Positions 1-11,619 are shown, numbered from the stretch's first letter. The stretch is DNA of 64,000 bases from Octopus sinensis (GCF_006345805.1 NC_043013.1:28582001-28646000), one strand, 5' to 3'. Numbers and translations: made by a program. The notes: a model not told the origin generated them from the sequence alone.

Positions 1-810
1 AATTCCATTGATGTTCATCTATTTTGATTTGATTTGATTTGATTTTTGATTTTCACTTGCCTCAACAGGTCTTCACAGGTCTTCACAAGTGTCACAGGAA
101 GGAAGGAAGGTATGCACAGGGGACTGACTACGTCCCAAGTAGGGGCCACGGGTTATGGCCTGACTAGTCTTGCCGGGTCTTCGGTTGGTGTTTTTATGTG
201 CCACCGACACAGGTGCCAGATGAGGCTGGCGAACGGCCACGATCGGATGGTGTTTGTTATGTGCCCACGTCACAGAGGCCAGTCGATGCGGTACTGGCTA
301 CGGCCACGTTCGGATGGTTTTCTTGTGTGCCAACGGTACTGGTACCACAAAGATACAAATTCCATTGATGTTCATCTATTTTGATTTGGTTTGATTTGAT
401 TTGATTTGATTTTCACTTGCCTCAACAGGTCTTGATTTGATTTGATTTGATTTTCACTTGCCTCAACAGGTCTACACAAGTGTCACACACTTGCCTCAAC
501 AGGTCTTCACAAGTGTCATAAGTAGGTGTCACACACTTGCCTCAACAGGTCTTCACAAGTGTCATAAGTAGGAAGGTATGCACAGGTGGACTGACTACGT
601 CGCCGGGTCTTCGGATGGTGTTTTTATGTGCCACCGACACAGGTGCCAGATGAGGCTGGCGAATGGCCACGATCAGATGGTGTTTGTTGTGCCCACAGCA
701 CGGAGGCCAGTCGATGCGGTACTGGCTACGGCCACGTTCGGATGGTTTTCTTGTGTGCCACCGGTACTGGAACCACAAAGATACAAATTCCATTGATGTT
801 CATCTATTTT
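1..810. repeat. Tandem array (periods 357 and 428 bp) of a GC-richer repeat built from ~55-65 bp sub-repeats; expanded internal region of SINE family C
   Basis: aattccattgatgttcatctatttt recurs at 1, 358 and 786. The sub-repeat ggatggtgtttttatgtgccacc...ggccacg recurs within each unit and also in 16980-17307 and 30832-30950. Confidence 0.85.
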
Positions 811-811
811 C

Positions 812-848
<37 letters not shown>

Positions 849-996
849 TTGAAAAATATCTTAGGAATGAGAACCCAAGTTCGAAATTTCCCCCAAAATC
901 TGATGAAGGTTGATGGGTATATCAGCCGAAACGTTGTGTTAACAATAAACAAGATGGGGACAAATATCCATCAAATGTAAATAATGTAAATAATGT
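812..996 (+). mobile_element. Hammerhead-bearing short element, family HH-A, copy 1: (AAT)n followed by the body
   Basis: attgaaaaata(t/c)cttaggaatgagaaccca...tatccatcaaat aligns with 3802-3935; preceded by (TAA)n at 812-846. Confidence 0.8.
895..940 (+). ncRNA. Minimal type I hammerhead ribozyme (HH-A)
   Basis: CTGATGA (900-906), a, stem II ggttgat/atcagcc, GAAAC (928-932), GTT triplet, then gtgtt. Stem III is the self-complementary AACGTT with no loop. Stem I is weakened here (aaaat) but is gacac/gtgtt in copy 2. Confidence 0.75.
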
Positions 997-1560
997 CCAG
1001 GATTCCAGTTATTCAGAATCAATGTACTATATACAAATATATGAGAGTTAGACATGTTTTACTAAAACCTCCAAATTTTTGATGATGTTAGAAATCAACC
1101 GAAGCATATCCATGGTCCACTAATTAGGAATATAATCATAGCAGAGTAAATTAGGATTGAATGATTTGAATTCTAACCTCAATCATAATGTTGGAAGAAT
1201 TACTTCACAGCATTTGTTCTGGTTCTTTGCATTCCGAGTTCAAATACTATTGAGGTTAATTTTGCCTTTTATACTTTTGTGATTGATAAAATAAAGGACT
1301 GGTCGTGTACTCAGATCAATGTAACTCACTAACCCCAAATCCCCATGTAGTCACTGAACCTGTTAGAAGCAGCAGGCATGTCTTCTTAAAACATACACTG
1401 CTGTCTTTAAAGAAATAAGGCTTCATTTAACTAGTAGTCTTGAAAATAAGATGTGATGGTCATTTTAGGTCTGCCAGATCAGGGTTAACATAGAAGCAAC
1501 AACAACAGCAACAACTATAGCAAAAACTACACTAGTGAATCAATGAACAAGCCTTTACAT

Positions 1561-2170
1561 CAGGGGTGGGGAAACCTTTTAGTGTGGCAGGCAAAAATTT
1601 CCAAAGAAAAAGGTCCACAGGTGGGTCACAAGTTCTAACTCTTATATCTGTGTAAATCTTGTATACACCTATATATAATTTGATATACATTAATACAGAT
1701 AAGTTTAACTCATTAAATTAATGTGTAACATCTTCATTAACACCACCATTGAATTTAGGACATTTATATTACTTATGCGGTATTCTATATTTTTCAGCTA
1801 CAGTGTAGCTGGGTCTCAAGGGGGTGGTACAAACATAACAATATGTCTTTTATAGTGATAACAAAATTTCCATTCAAATGGCAATTACTAGATGATTTCT
1901 GTTCGAGTCTAACTGTTTTAAGTCAAAGTGGAAACACGACCTGTATCACAAATAGGCATATGGATATTACTCTTTTACTTGTTTCAGTCATTTGACTGCG
2001 GCCATGCTGGAGCACCGCCTTTAGTCGAGCAAATCGACCCCGGGACTTATTCTTTGTAAGCCCAGTACTTATTCTATCGTTCTCTTTTGCCGAACCGCTA
2101 AGTGACGGGGACGTAAACACACCAGCATCGGTTGTCAAGCAATGCTAGGGGGACAAACACAGACACACAA

Positions 2171-2207
<37 letters not shown>

Positions 2208-2522
2208 CAGATATACGACAGGCTTCTTTCAGTTTCCACCTACCAAATCCACTCACAAGGCATTAGTCAGCCCGGGGCTATAGCAGAAGACACTTGCCTA
2301 AGATGCCACGCAGTGGGACTGAACCCGGAACCATGTGGTTGGTTAGCAAGCTACTTACCACACAGCCACTCCTGCGCCTACTTACCACACAGCCACTCTG
2401 TATAAATTTTGTAATTGAAAAAATTACTATATTTCGTACATACAAGTATATCAGCCTGTGGGCTCAATAAAATGGGCTCGTGGGCACAATTATGCCCATG
2501 GGCAGGGTTTTCCCCATGATTG
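1561..2522. mobile_element. Probable hAT-type MITE interrupted by a SINE
   Basis: Left end caggggtggggaaacc and an imperfect inverted right end gggttttccccatgattg; SINE inserted at 1967-2398. Confidence 0.45.
1967..2398 (-). mobile_element. tRNA-derived SINE family A (internal (TA)n/(TG)n tract), full length, with ~20 bp duplication of its 5' end
   Basis: Minus strand has A box gtggctgtgtggt, B box gggttcagtccc and 3' tail gactgaaacaagtaaaagagt; more than 15 similar copies in the window. Confidence 0.92.
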
Positions 2523-3074
2523 CTCAAACTGCTTAATGTAAAGTAAAATAAAAAGACTTCCTCAAATCTTCCATTTTCATACCAATCCACTCAAGAACAC
2601 CTCTATTTTTGTCATGTAAAAATACACACATCTTTAAGTGTTCCTTTTGAAATCTTTTTCTTCAGTTCCACTTCAAACATCAAATTAATAACGAATATGT
2701 TATTTATTTTACCAAATTCTTCATTTTTTTCAAAAATTAATTGAAGGGCACTGTCAGTGTGTTTCATAAGAAAATTGGTTATGAAAGGGTTAGAGAAATG
2801 AAAATACATATTAGACGTGTAGGCTTGAGTGTGTAGATAAGAAATTTAATTTGAAATTGCATGGTTTTGAGTTCAGTCCTACTTCCTAGCACTTTGAATA
2901 AATATCTTCTGCTACAGCCCCAGGCTAACCATATGAGTGAATTTGGTAAATGGGAAGTGTCAGGAAGAAGCCTATCTTATACGTGAAGGTGTTATGTCTA
3001 CTTGTGACTACAGGGGCCTCTAAAGCAATTAGAGAAAGCATGGTGCATATTATCTGAACCATATTTGCTCACAG

Positions 3075-3225
3075 CCTAGTACTTTTTCTATTAGTTTCTT
3101 TTTGCTGAACCACTAAGTTACAGGGACGTAAATACACCAACATTGGTTGTCAAGCGACTGTGACAAGATAAGGACGCACAAATACTTGCATGTATGCATG
3201 TATACATACATACATACATACATAC

Positions 3226-3265
<40 letters not shown>

Positions 3266-3451
3266 TATATATATAATATATATATGTATGTATATGTATG
3301 ATGGGCTTCTTTCTGTTTCTGTCTGCCAAATCCACTCACAAAGCTTTGGTCAGCCTGAGGCTATAGTAGTAGACACTTGCCCAAGTTGCCACACTGAACC
3401 CAGAACCACGTGGTTGGGAAGCAAGCTTCTTACCACACTGCCACTCCTGCG
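3075..3451 (-). mobile_element. SINE family A, partial
   Basis: Homologous to 1967-2378. Confidence 0.85.
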
Positions 3452-3461
3452 TCCTTGGTAT

Positions 3462-3612
3462 ATTCCTAAGGTATTTTTCAATGTTATTATTATGATTCTT
3501 TTTCTTCTTCTTATTATTATTATTCAGGTCACTGCCTGGAATTGAACTCGGAATCTTGGGATTAGTAGCCCTCGATCTTAACCACTACACCATATGCCCG
3601 TGGGCATATGGA

Positions 3613-3704
<92 letters not shown>

Positions 3705-3975
3705 TAATAATAATAATATAATAATAATAATAATAATAATAATCATCATCATCATCATCATCATCATTATCATCATCGTTTAACGTCCGTTTTCCATAGG
3801 TATTGAAAAATACCTTAGGAATGAGAACCCAGGTTCAGAATTTCCCCTAAGACACCTGAAGAAGGCTGGAGTGTATATCAGCCAAAATGTTGTGTTAACA
3901 ACAAACAAGATGAGGACAAGTATCCATCAAATTTAATAATGTACATAATTCCTCATCTCTTAAATATAGAACTGT
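3462..3975. mobile_element. Family HH-A copy 2: divergent (head-to-head) pair, tRNA-like head + (AAT)n + hammerhead tail
   Basis: 3462-3599 on minus reads ggcatatggtgtagtggttaag...gagttcaattccaggcagtgacctg(aat)n aacattgaaaaataccttaggaat. The plus copy reads gacctg(aat)n...attgaaaaataccttaggaat...hammerhead. Junction palindrome ccatatgccc-gt-gggcatatgg at 3590-3611. Confidence 0.8.
3851..3896 (+). ncRNA. Decayed hammerhead (HH-A copy 2)
   Basis: gacac-CTGAAGA-a-ggctgg...tcagcc-aaaat-gtt-gtgtt. GAAAC is mutated to AAAAT, consistent with CpG decay; stem I is intact. Confidence 0.65.
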
Positions 3976-4319
3976 AATACATAGGTATGATTAAAAGCAA
4001 AGGATAATCCTTCTCAATCTACTCCTTCCCTGACCATCCCTCTACCATTCCACTCCATCAACTGGAAGCTAAGGTCAGGGAGGTCGCGAGTAAATCCTTA
4101 TAATGTCTCACTTAGGAGCAGAAACTAATTCCCCCAGAAACATCCAATCAAACACCAGGTAAATGTGGAGATAGATGTTGGATCTCATACACTCTCTCTC
4201 TCTCTCTCTCTCTCTGTATATGTAATATGTATAATATATATAATATATATCACATATACATTTCCTGATATCTCTAAGTCATCTTGCAAAGGTAATTTCC
4301 TTTTTGCAAGCTGGCAAGG

Positions 4320-4708
4320 GGGATGGTAACAGTGGCATTGATACTGGTGGTGGCAGTGGCGATGCAGGTGATGATAGTGTGGTGGAGGTGCTGGCGATGG
4401 TGGAGGTGGTGGTGGTGGTGGTGGAAATAATAGTTGTGGTGGCAGAAGTAGTATTGATGTTAGTGAGAGAGGTGGTGGTATTGGTGATATTAGTGATATT
4501 GGTTATGCTGGTGGTAGTCATGTTGTGGGTGGTGATGATGGTGGTAGTGGTGTTGTTGGTGGGGGTGTTGGCGGTGGTAGTGGTAATACTTGTAGTGGTG
4601 GTAATGGTGGCAGTGGTAGTGTTACTGTTAGTGATGTTGGAAATGGTGGTGGTGGTTGTGGTGGTGATGGTGGCGGTGATGTTGGTGGTGGTGGTGGTGG
4701 TGGTGGTC
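4320..4708. repeat. Degenerate (GGT/GAT)n trinucleotide tract
   Basis: Visible low-complexity repeat; source of the poly-V/G/P ORFs. Confidence 0.9.
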
Positions 4709-5657
4709 TAGAATCTTTCATTGGGTAAGATGAGGACTGAGGGTTGCTGACAGGGCTGAGGGTATAGGTTGGAGGACAGCATATTCATTCAAATATCGAT
4801 TTGCTTCCCCTTCTTAAAAATCCCTTACTCTTGCTTAACCTCCACCATCCACCCACACCGCTCCCACCACACTTTGCCCTACTCCACCCGTCTATCCCCT
4901 CAAGATAATGATTAAATTAAGAATGTTTATTTCCATTTTTTTCTCTTGGTAAAAACAAAAAAAAAACCCCCCAAAAAACCAAAATAAAACAAAGAAAGAG
5001 AGAAGCAAGTAAAACTAAACAGCTGTCATTTTAAGTATTTTTCTTTTAGTCTTCAACAGCTTGCTGCATTAGTTTGTGTAAACCATAATAATAATAATAA
5101 TAATAACAAATAATAATAATAATAATAATCAATAAGTAAATGAAAAATAAATGAAAACTAAATAAAAATCAAAATAACTCTCAAAAACCTAAGTGTACAT
5201 GATTGATATCCAAGGGTAATCAAAATACATTGCCAAGGGCCAATAAAACTGAATTTATCACCTTTATGAAATGGAAGCATGTTGAGATAAGGAAACTGTA
5301 CCTATGACCTCCCAACAAATTTCAATTATTGAATGTTGCACTAAAATATTATGTTTTATTCTTGCAAAAAGCAGCCCCACCCCACCCCACTTTGGAAAAG
5401 TAAAAAAAAAAAAAAAACCCCCCAAAAACACAGGCAAAACAAAGCTATTCAGTTGTATTGTTAAAATATTTTACTGAAAAGGGACAAAGTAACACACACA
5501 TGCACACACGCACACACACACACACACAAATATATATATATGTATGTGTGTGTGTGTGTATATATATATGTATGTATATATATACATATATATATAATAC
5601 ACATTAAATATATATATGTATATGTATAAATATGTATGTATATATATACACATATGT

Positions 5658-5703
<46 letters not shown>

Positions 5704-5948
5704 CATACACACACACAAACATGCATATGTGTATATTAGTGGTGGTGTGTAGGTTAGTGGTAAGGATGTTGCACTCATATCACAATATAAAGGTTGTAGT
5801 TCTTCAAGAAGGTGATGAATTGAGTTGTTGAGCCAAATGCTTTATTTTACATCGCTCCATTCCACTCAGCAGGCAAACATGAAATCTTGCGATGCTCTGG
5901 CTTCCCATCCAGGGGAAAAATATATCCACCACGAACCTTTGATCCTTT

Positions 5949-5988
<40 letters not shown>

Positions 5989-6195
5989 TTAATGGTTTGC
6001 AGCCGTTTACTCAATGTGAGGAAATTGAACATCGACTTTGTATACCTTTATCTACCTCTGAAGAGATTCAGCTTTCAAATAATTTTTAATTTAATTAATT
6101 AATTTTCTGAGAGCCCGGGATGCTTGTAAGGGATGTTTGTAAATTTATTAATTAATAAAGAATAATTTATTAATTACCTTTGTATTCTCTCATCT

Positions 6196-6249
<54 letters not shown>

Positions 6250-6455
6250 ATATATATGTTAGGTATAGGTGTGGTTATGTGTTAAGAAGTTTGCTTCCCA
6301 ACTACACAGTTTCAAAAATATACACCAGCACCGTATATACTTATATGTGTGTATGTGTGTGTATATAAATTCATATATTCATACACACCCATATACATGT
6401 ATATCTATTTATTTCCATTCCTCTATCACTCTGCTTCTGTCTTCCCCCTCTCTCT

Positions 6456-6500
<45 letters not shown>

Positions 6501-6659
6501 GAGGGCATTATACATACATGCCAGACGGCATTATACATACATGCCAGACGGCATTATACATACATGCCAAACGCTAAGAGGGACAATCAGTCATTTCTAC
6601 CAAAAATATTACTAATCCCACCGAATGCAATTTTTCAAAGTAAGACATTTAAAAATATA

Positions 6660-6705
6660 GACCTGTATCACAGTGATTTCATACTTACGTAATCATCAGC
6701 AGGCC
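6660..6705 (-). ncRNA. Type I hammerhead ribozyme (HH-B unit 1)
   Basis: Minus strand: ggcctg-CTGATGA-t tac gtaa gta t-GAAA-tcac t gtga-TA-caggtc. 6-bp stem I, GTAA tetraloop on stem II, near-palindromic stem III, AUA cleavage triplet. Confidence 0.88.
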
Positions 6706-7138
6706 TGAATGTATTATAAATAAACAACGACCCTGCCCCACTTAAGCCGATCAGCTAACTGATCAACATCAACGAAGCACATGGTTGAGTTTACATATAT
6801 TACATCCGGGTAAATGGCAAACTTTTACGAATTGCATTTCGGAGAGGAAAAGTTTTTTCGGAATAAAAATTTAGCAATTAAGGACAACTACTTAATAGGA
6901 AAACTTAACAAGAAATTGTCAGGTAGATAGCGTAAAAAAACCTCATAAGAGAAAAAATTTCGAAAATAATTATTTCTTATTGAACATATTAATTTATATA
7001 TAGAGGGCATTATACATACATGCCAGACGGCATTATACATACATGCCAAACGCTAAGAGGGACAATCAGTCATTTCTACCAAAAATATTACTAATCCCAC
7101 CGAATGCAATTTTTCAAAGTAAGACATTTAAAAATATA

Positions 7139-7184
7139 GACCTGTATCACAGTGATTTCATACTTACGTAATCATCAGCAGGCC
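7139..7184 (-). ncRNA. Type I hammerhead ribozyme (HH-B unit 2)
   Basis: Identical to 6660-6705. Confidence 0.88.
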
Positions 7185-7334
7185 TGAATGTATTATAAAT
7201 AAACAACGACCCTGCCCCGCTTAAGCCGATCAGCTAACTGATCAACATCAACGAAGCACATGGTTGAGTTTACATATATTACATCCGGGTAAATGGCAAA
7301 CTTTTACGAATTGCATTTCGGGAGAGGAAAAGTA

Positions 7335-7489
7335 ATGATTATATTCCTAATTAGTGGACCATGGATATGCTTCGGTTGATTTCTAACATCATCAAAAATT
7401 TGGAGGTTTTAGTAAAACATGTCTAACTCTCATATATTTGTATATAGTACATTGATTCTGAATAACTGGAATCCTGGACATTATTTACA
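7335..7489 (-). repeat. Exact inverted 155-bp copy of 985-1139 inserted inside the HH-B array
   Basis: Base-by-base reverse-complement identity with 985-1139. Confidence 0.95.
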
Positions 7490-7817
7490 AGAAATTGTCA
7501 GGTAGATAGCGTAAAAACCTCATAAGAGAAAAAATTTCGAAAATAATTATTTCTTATTGAACATATTAATTTATATATAGAGGGCATTATACATAGTAAT
7601 ATTTTTGGTAGAAATGACTGATTGTCCCTCTTAGCGTTTGGCATGTATGTATAATGCCGTCTGGCATGTATGTATAATGCCCTCTCTATATATAAATTAA
7701 TATGTTCAATAAGAAATAATTATTTTCGAAATTTTTTCTCTTATGAGGTTTTTACGTTATCTACCTGACAATTTCTTGTTAAGTTTTCCTTATTAAGTAG
7801 TTGTCCTTAATTGCTAA

Positions 7818-7865
<48 letters not shown>

Positions 7866-7884
7866 ACATATATGTATATCTATA

Positions 7885-8040
7885 GTTGGAATTTATAGAA
7901 AACAAGACAAAGACAGGTGTATGAACAACAAGCAAGTGTAATAGTTTGATGCTCATGAGAATGAAAAAGCCTGTTGCATGTTGAGCCTACGCTCTTCAAC
8001 ATAAAGGAATAAGAGAAAACATACAGAGAGAATGAAAAAA
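7885..8040 (-). mobile_element. Hammerhead-bearing short element family HH-C, decayed copy
   Basis: gagcctacgctcttc and its flanks are shared with 39874-40075; flanked by (TA)n. Confidence 0.65.
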
Positions 8041-8052
8041 TATATATATATA

Positions 8053-8754
8053 CAAGGGGGAGTCAAAAATCATATGCACTCTTGTTTTTTCAATGTATTT
8101 ACACAAAAGCAGAGGATAAACAAGTACATAATTTTTCTATATAATCTCCTTCATTTTCGATGTGCTTGGTCCAGTGGTCCACAAACTTGCGTATTCCCTC
8201 CAAGAAGAAGGTTTTTGGTTGGTTGTGCACTGCTTCCTTCGCTTCTTCATCTATAGGAAATCGATGACCTCATGAACCATCTTTGAGCAGTCCAAAGATA
8301 TGATAGTTGGAAAGGACAAGATCTGGACTGTAGGCAGGGTGTTCCTGCACCTCAAAACCCAATTGGTTAATGGTTTGAACAGTCTGGGCAGCCGTGTGTG
8401 GGTGTGTATTGTCATACAACAACAAACGTTTCTTCAGCAATTAGCTTCGGTGCTTGGTGTAAATTGCTGCCTTCAGTTTGTTGGCCAGCAAAGCACGGTA
8501 TCTTGCACTGTTGATCATACACCCCTTTTCCAGACAAATTGCATTACTGCTCTTTGTTCCTCTTTGGTGCACATTCGTAGTGGATCAGCCATGCTTACAC
8601 AGTAAAGCCAGAAAGAAAAATGGCATGATCAGGCTCAAACTTTGATCATATGACCACAATAGTACCAACTATAAGCATGCATGTGCAGAATGCAGTGTGA
8701 CAATAATAAAAATTAGTTATAGCGAAATTGCAGCTAATTTTTGACTTCTCCTCG
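8053..8754 (-). mobile_element. Mariner (Tc1/mariner) internal-deletion derivative with decayed transposase
   Basis: TIRs caagggggagtcaaaaat / atttttgacttctcctcg with TA flanks. Minus translation contains YDNTHPH...LGFEVQEHPAYSPDLVLSNYHIF (HDNARPH / YSPDLAP motifs) with stops. Confidence 0.9.
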
Positions 8755-8760
8755 TATATA

Positions 8761-8924
8761 GGCATAGGTGTGGCTGTGTGGTAAAGAGCTTGCTTACCAA
8801 CCACATGGTTCCAGGTTCAGTCCCACTGTGTGGAACCTTGGACAAGTGTCTTCTACTATAGCCTCAGGCCAACCAAAGCCTTGTGAGTGGGTTTGGTAGT
8901 TGGAAATTGAAAAGAAGCCCATTG

Positions 8925-8972
<48 letters not shown>

Positions 8973-9279
8973 TGTATGTATGTATGTATGTATGTATGTA
9001 TGTATGTATGTTTGTATGTATGTATGTATGTATGTATGTATGTATGTATGTATATATTTATGTGTGTCTTTGTGTCTGTGTTTGTTCCCCACCGTCATCA
9101 CCTGACAACCGATGTTGGTGTGCTTATGTCCTCGTACCTTAGCAGTTCAACAAAAGAAATTGATAGAATAAGTACCAGGTTTACAAAGAATAAGTTCTTG
9201 GCTCAATTTCTTCAGCTAAAAGGTGGTGCCCAGCATGGCCACAGTCAAATGACTGAAACAAGTTGAAGAATAAAAGAAT
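8761..9279 (+). mobile_element. SINE family A, full length, internal (TATG)n
   Basis: A/B boxes, body and tail homologous to the other copies. Confidence 0.9.
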
Positions 9280-10321
9280 ATCAATATGTCTGTGTTTGTG
9301 TTGTGTGTGTGTGTGTGTGTGCATGCATGCGTGTGTTACTGTCTCCTTGGCTTGACACAGTGTGATAGTTGTAAATGAGTGCCACTGTCATGCAAGTGGT
9401 GTCCCTCGGTTCCAATCTTCTGTGAAAACATGTCTGGTCATTGAGAAACATTATCTTACTTGGAATCAAATAAGAGCTGGCAGCAGGAAAGGCATCCAGC
9501 TGCAGATAATCTGCCTTCAACAAAATGTTATCCAATCTATGCAACCATGAAAAAGATGACATTAATATGATGATGATGGTGGTGGTGGTGGTGGTGGTGA
9601 CGATGATGATGATGATGATGATGATGATGTTAGTGTTGATTTATTGTTTTGTGCAACGCCTTTTGTCTTCTTCTTTCTGAAGCTTTTGATAATGTATTCA
9701 TTTTCTCCATAGTTAGTATGCATTTAATTCCTATGATATAATTTGTGTGCTTTGTGTATTTTTAATAGGTTCAATGTATTTGTTGTGATGTCATTTTATT
9801 GCTACGCACACACATACACATTTATTGATTTTTAGCTAGAAAAGGTTGACAGTACTCTACTAAATTGTATTGAGTAATTCTTCAGTTTAATGTTAAATTC
9901 TTTTTATGTAGAAACAGATAAACTGATTTAAACACAAACATTGATATATTTGTATGCATACATGCACACACACACACACACACACACACACAACCACACA
10001 CACACACATGCACACGTGCACGCGCGCACACACACACACACACATGTATACACTTTATTTTGTTGAGGCTACCAATTGTTTCCTGTAAGTGGGGTCTCTT
10101 AACAATTATCAGACCTACCACATGGAAATATTGGTATCCGTCTCCAAAATGATAGTCTTGATGACCCACAATTAAAAAATATTTGTCCACCAATGTAGTA
10201 TCCGGCGCTTATTCTTACTGTTCAATATTAGCATGTGTATGTGTGTGTTGGAGTACATATGGTGAGTGATGATGATGATGTTGATGATGGTGATGATATC
10301 AGTTCTTACATGGAAAAGGTG

Positions 10322-10402
10322 GACTGTAACTTTGAAGCTTTCGCTCAATGGTCATCATCAGTCTGGTGATGGCTGTGAAGCTGAACCTTCACAATTACTG
10401 TC
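10322..10402. ncRNA. Old head-to-head inverted pair of decayed hammerhead-like cores
   Basis: Minus 10322-10361 reads CTGATGA-tgaccattgagc-GAAA-gcttc...; plus 10363-10402 ctggtgatggctgtgaagctgaaccttc... is a diverged inverted copy. Confidence 0.35.
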
Positions 10403-10682
10403 AGACCGTCCTTAATGAAAATTAATCATTATGAACTCTACTTCAAAGTAATGAGTGACCTTCAATTTAATGTGAATTTTTTTTTTATATAACATTATAT
10501 AAAAACTGTTATATAAATATATATATATATTTATTTATTTATTTCCTCTTGGTCTACCCATCTCAGGTAGTCATGTTTCCCTTCTGACGCAAGACATCTT
10601 TTCTGTCCATTAAATTTGCTCCCACTAGGAGAGGCGTCTTGTCCTGCAAGTTGCTTGGTAGCCTCATTGTTGCTGATACACA

Positions 10683-10749
<67 letters not shown>

Positions 10750-11253
10750 TGTGTCTGTATTTGTCTGTATATATCTGTGTCTATGGGTTTGTGTTTACTC
10801 TTGTCTAGACATCATGTGATGGGTGTAAACAAACATTGGACTTCTATGAAAATCATGTTTGGCCTTGGGAAATATTAGCTTGATTGGAAACAGGTGAAGG
10901 CTGGTGATGGGAAGCACAACTGACCATAGAAAATCCACCTCAACAAATTCCATCTGACCCATGCACGCATGGAAAAGTGGAACTAAAACAATAATAATAA
11001 TGACAATTACACACACACACACACACACACACATGTGCGGGCATGCACACACACACACATGCATTTCTATATATAGTAATGGCTTAACTCAGCTCCATAG
11101 TACTTAAAGTTTCATAGGTGGAGGTATGTGCCTATGAAAGTAACGTGAAGGTGAATCAAATTGTTATTAAATACTTACCTCATGCATTGTATTGAGTGCT
11201 ACTTTTTCTTTCATTTCTTCGCATACATGTATGTATGTGTGTGTCTATGTGTG

Positions 11254-11307
<54 letters not shown>

Positions 11308-11377
11308 TATATATGCATACATACACAAATATATACATATATATATGCATACACACACACACATATTCACACATTTT

Positions 11378-11584
11378 TTTATTCTTTTATTTGTTTCAGT
11401 CATTTGATTACAGCCATGCTGGAGCACCACCTTTAGTTGAACAAATCGATCCCAGGAATTATTCTTTGTAATCCTAGTACTTATTCTATCAGTCTTGTTT
11501 GCCAAACTGCTAAGTTATGGGGACATAAACACACCAGCATCGGTTGTCAAGCGATGGTGTGGGGACAAGCACAGACACACAAAC

Positions 11585-11619
<35 letters not shown>

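Larger units (their letters stand above)
6491..7823 (-). mobile_element. Retrozyme-like tandem array (family HH-B): ~2.2 direct units of 479 bp plus an inverted partial unit, inserted in (TA)n
   Basis: 6662 and 7141 start near-identical sequence (period 479). 7595-7823 is the reverse complement of ~6865-7092. (TA)n on both flanks; one hammerhead per unit. Confidence 0.88.

Noticed and set aside
195-250. gccag-atgagg-ctggcgaa as a possible HDV-like or hammerhead ribozyme
   Set aside because: Only one hairpin; no P1/P2/P3 pseudoknot and no CTGANGA/GAAA core.
6050-6130. CTGAAGAG in a TA-flanked AT-rich block
   Set aside because: No stem II/GAAA pairing could be built; possibly a decayed element but unsupported.
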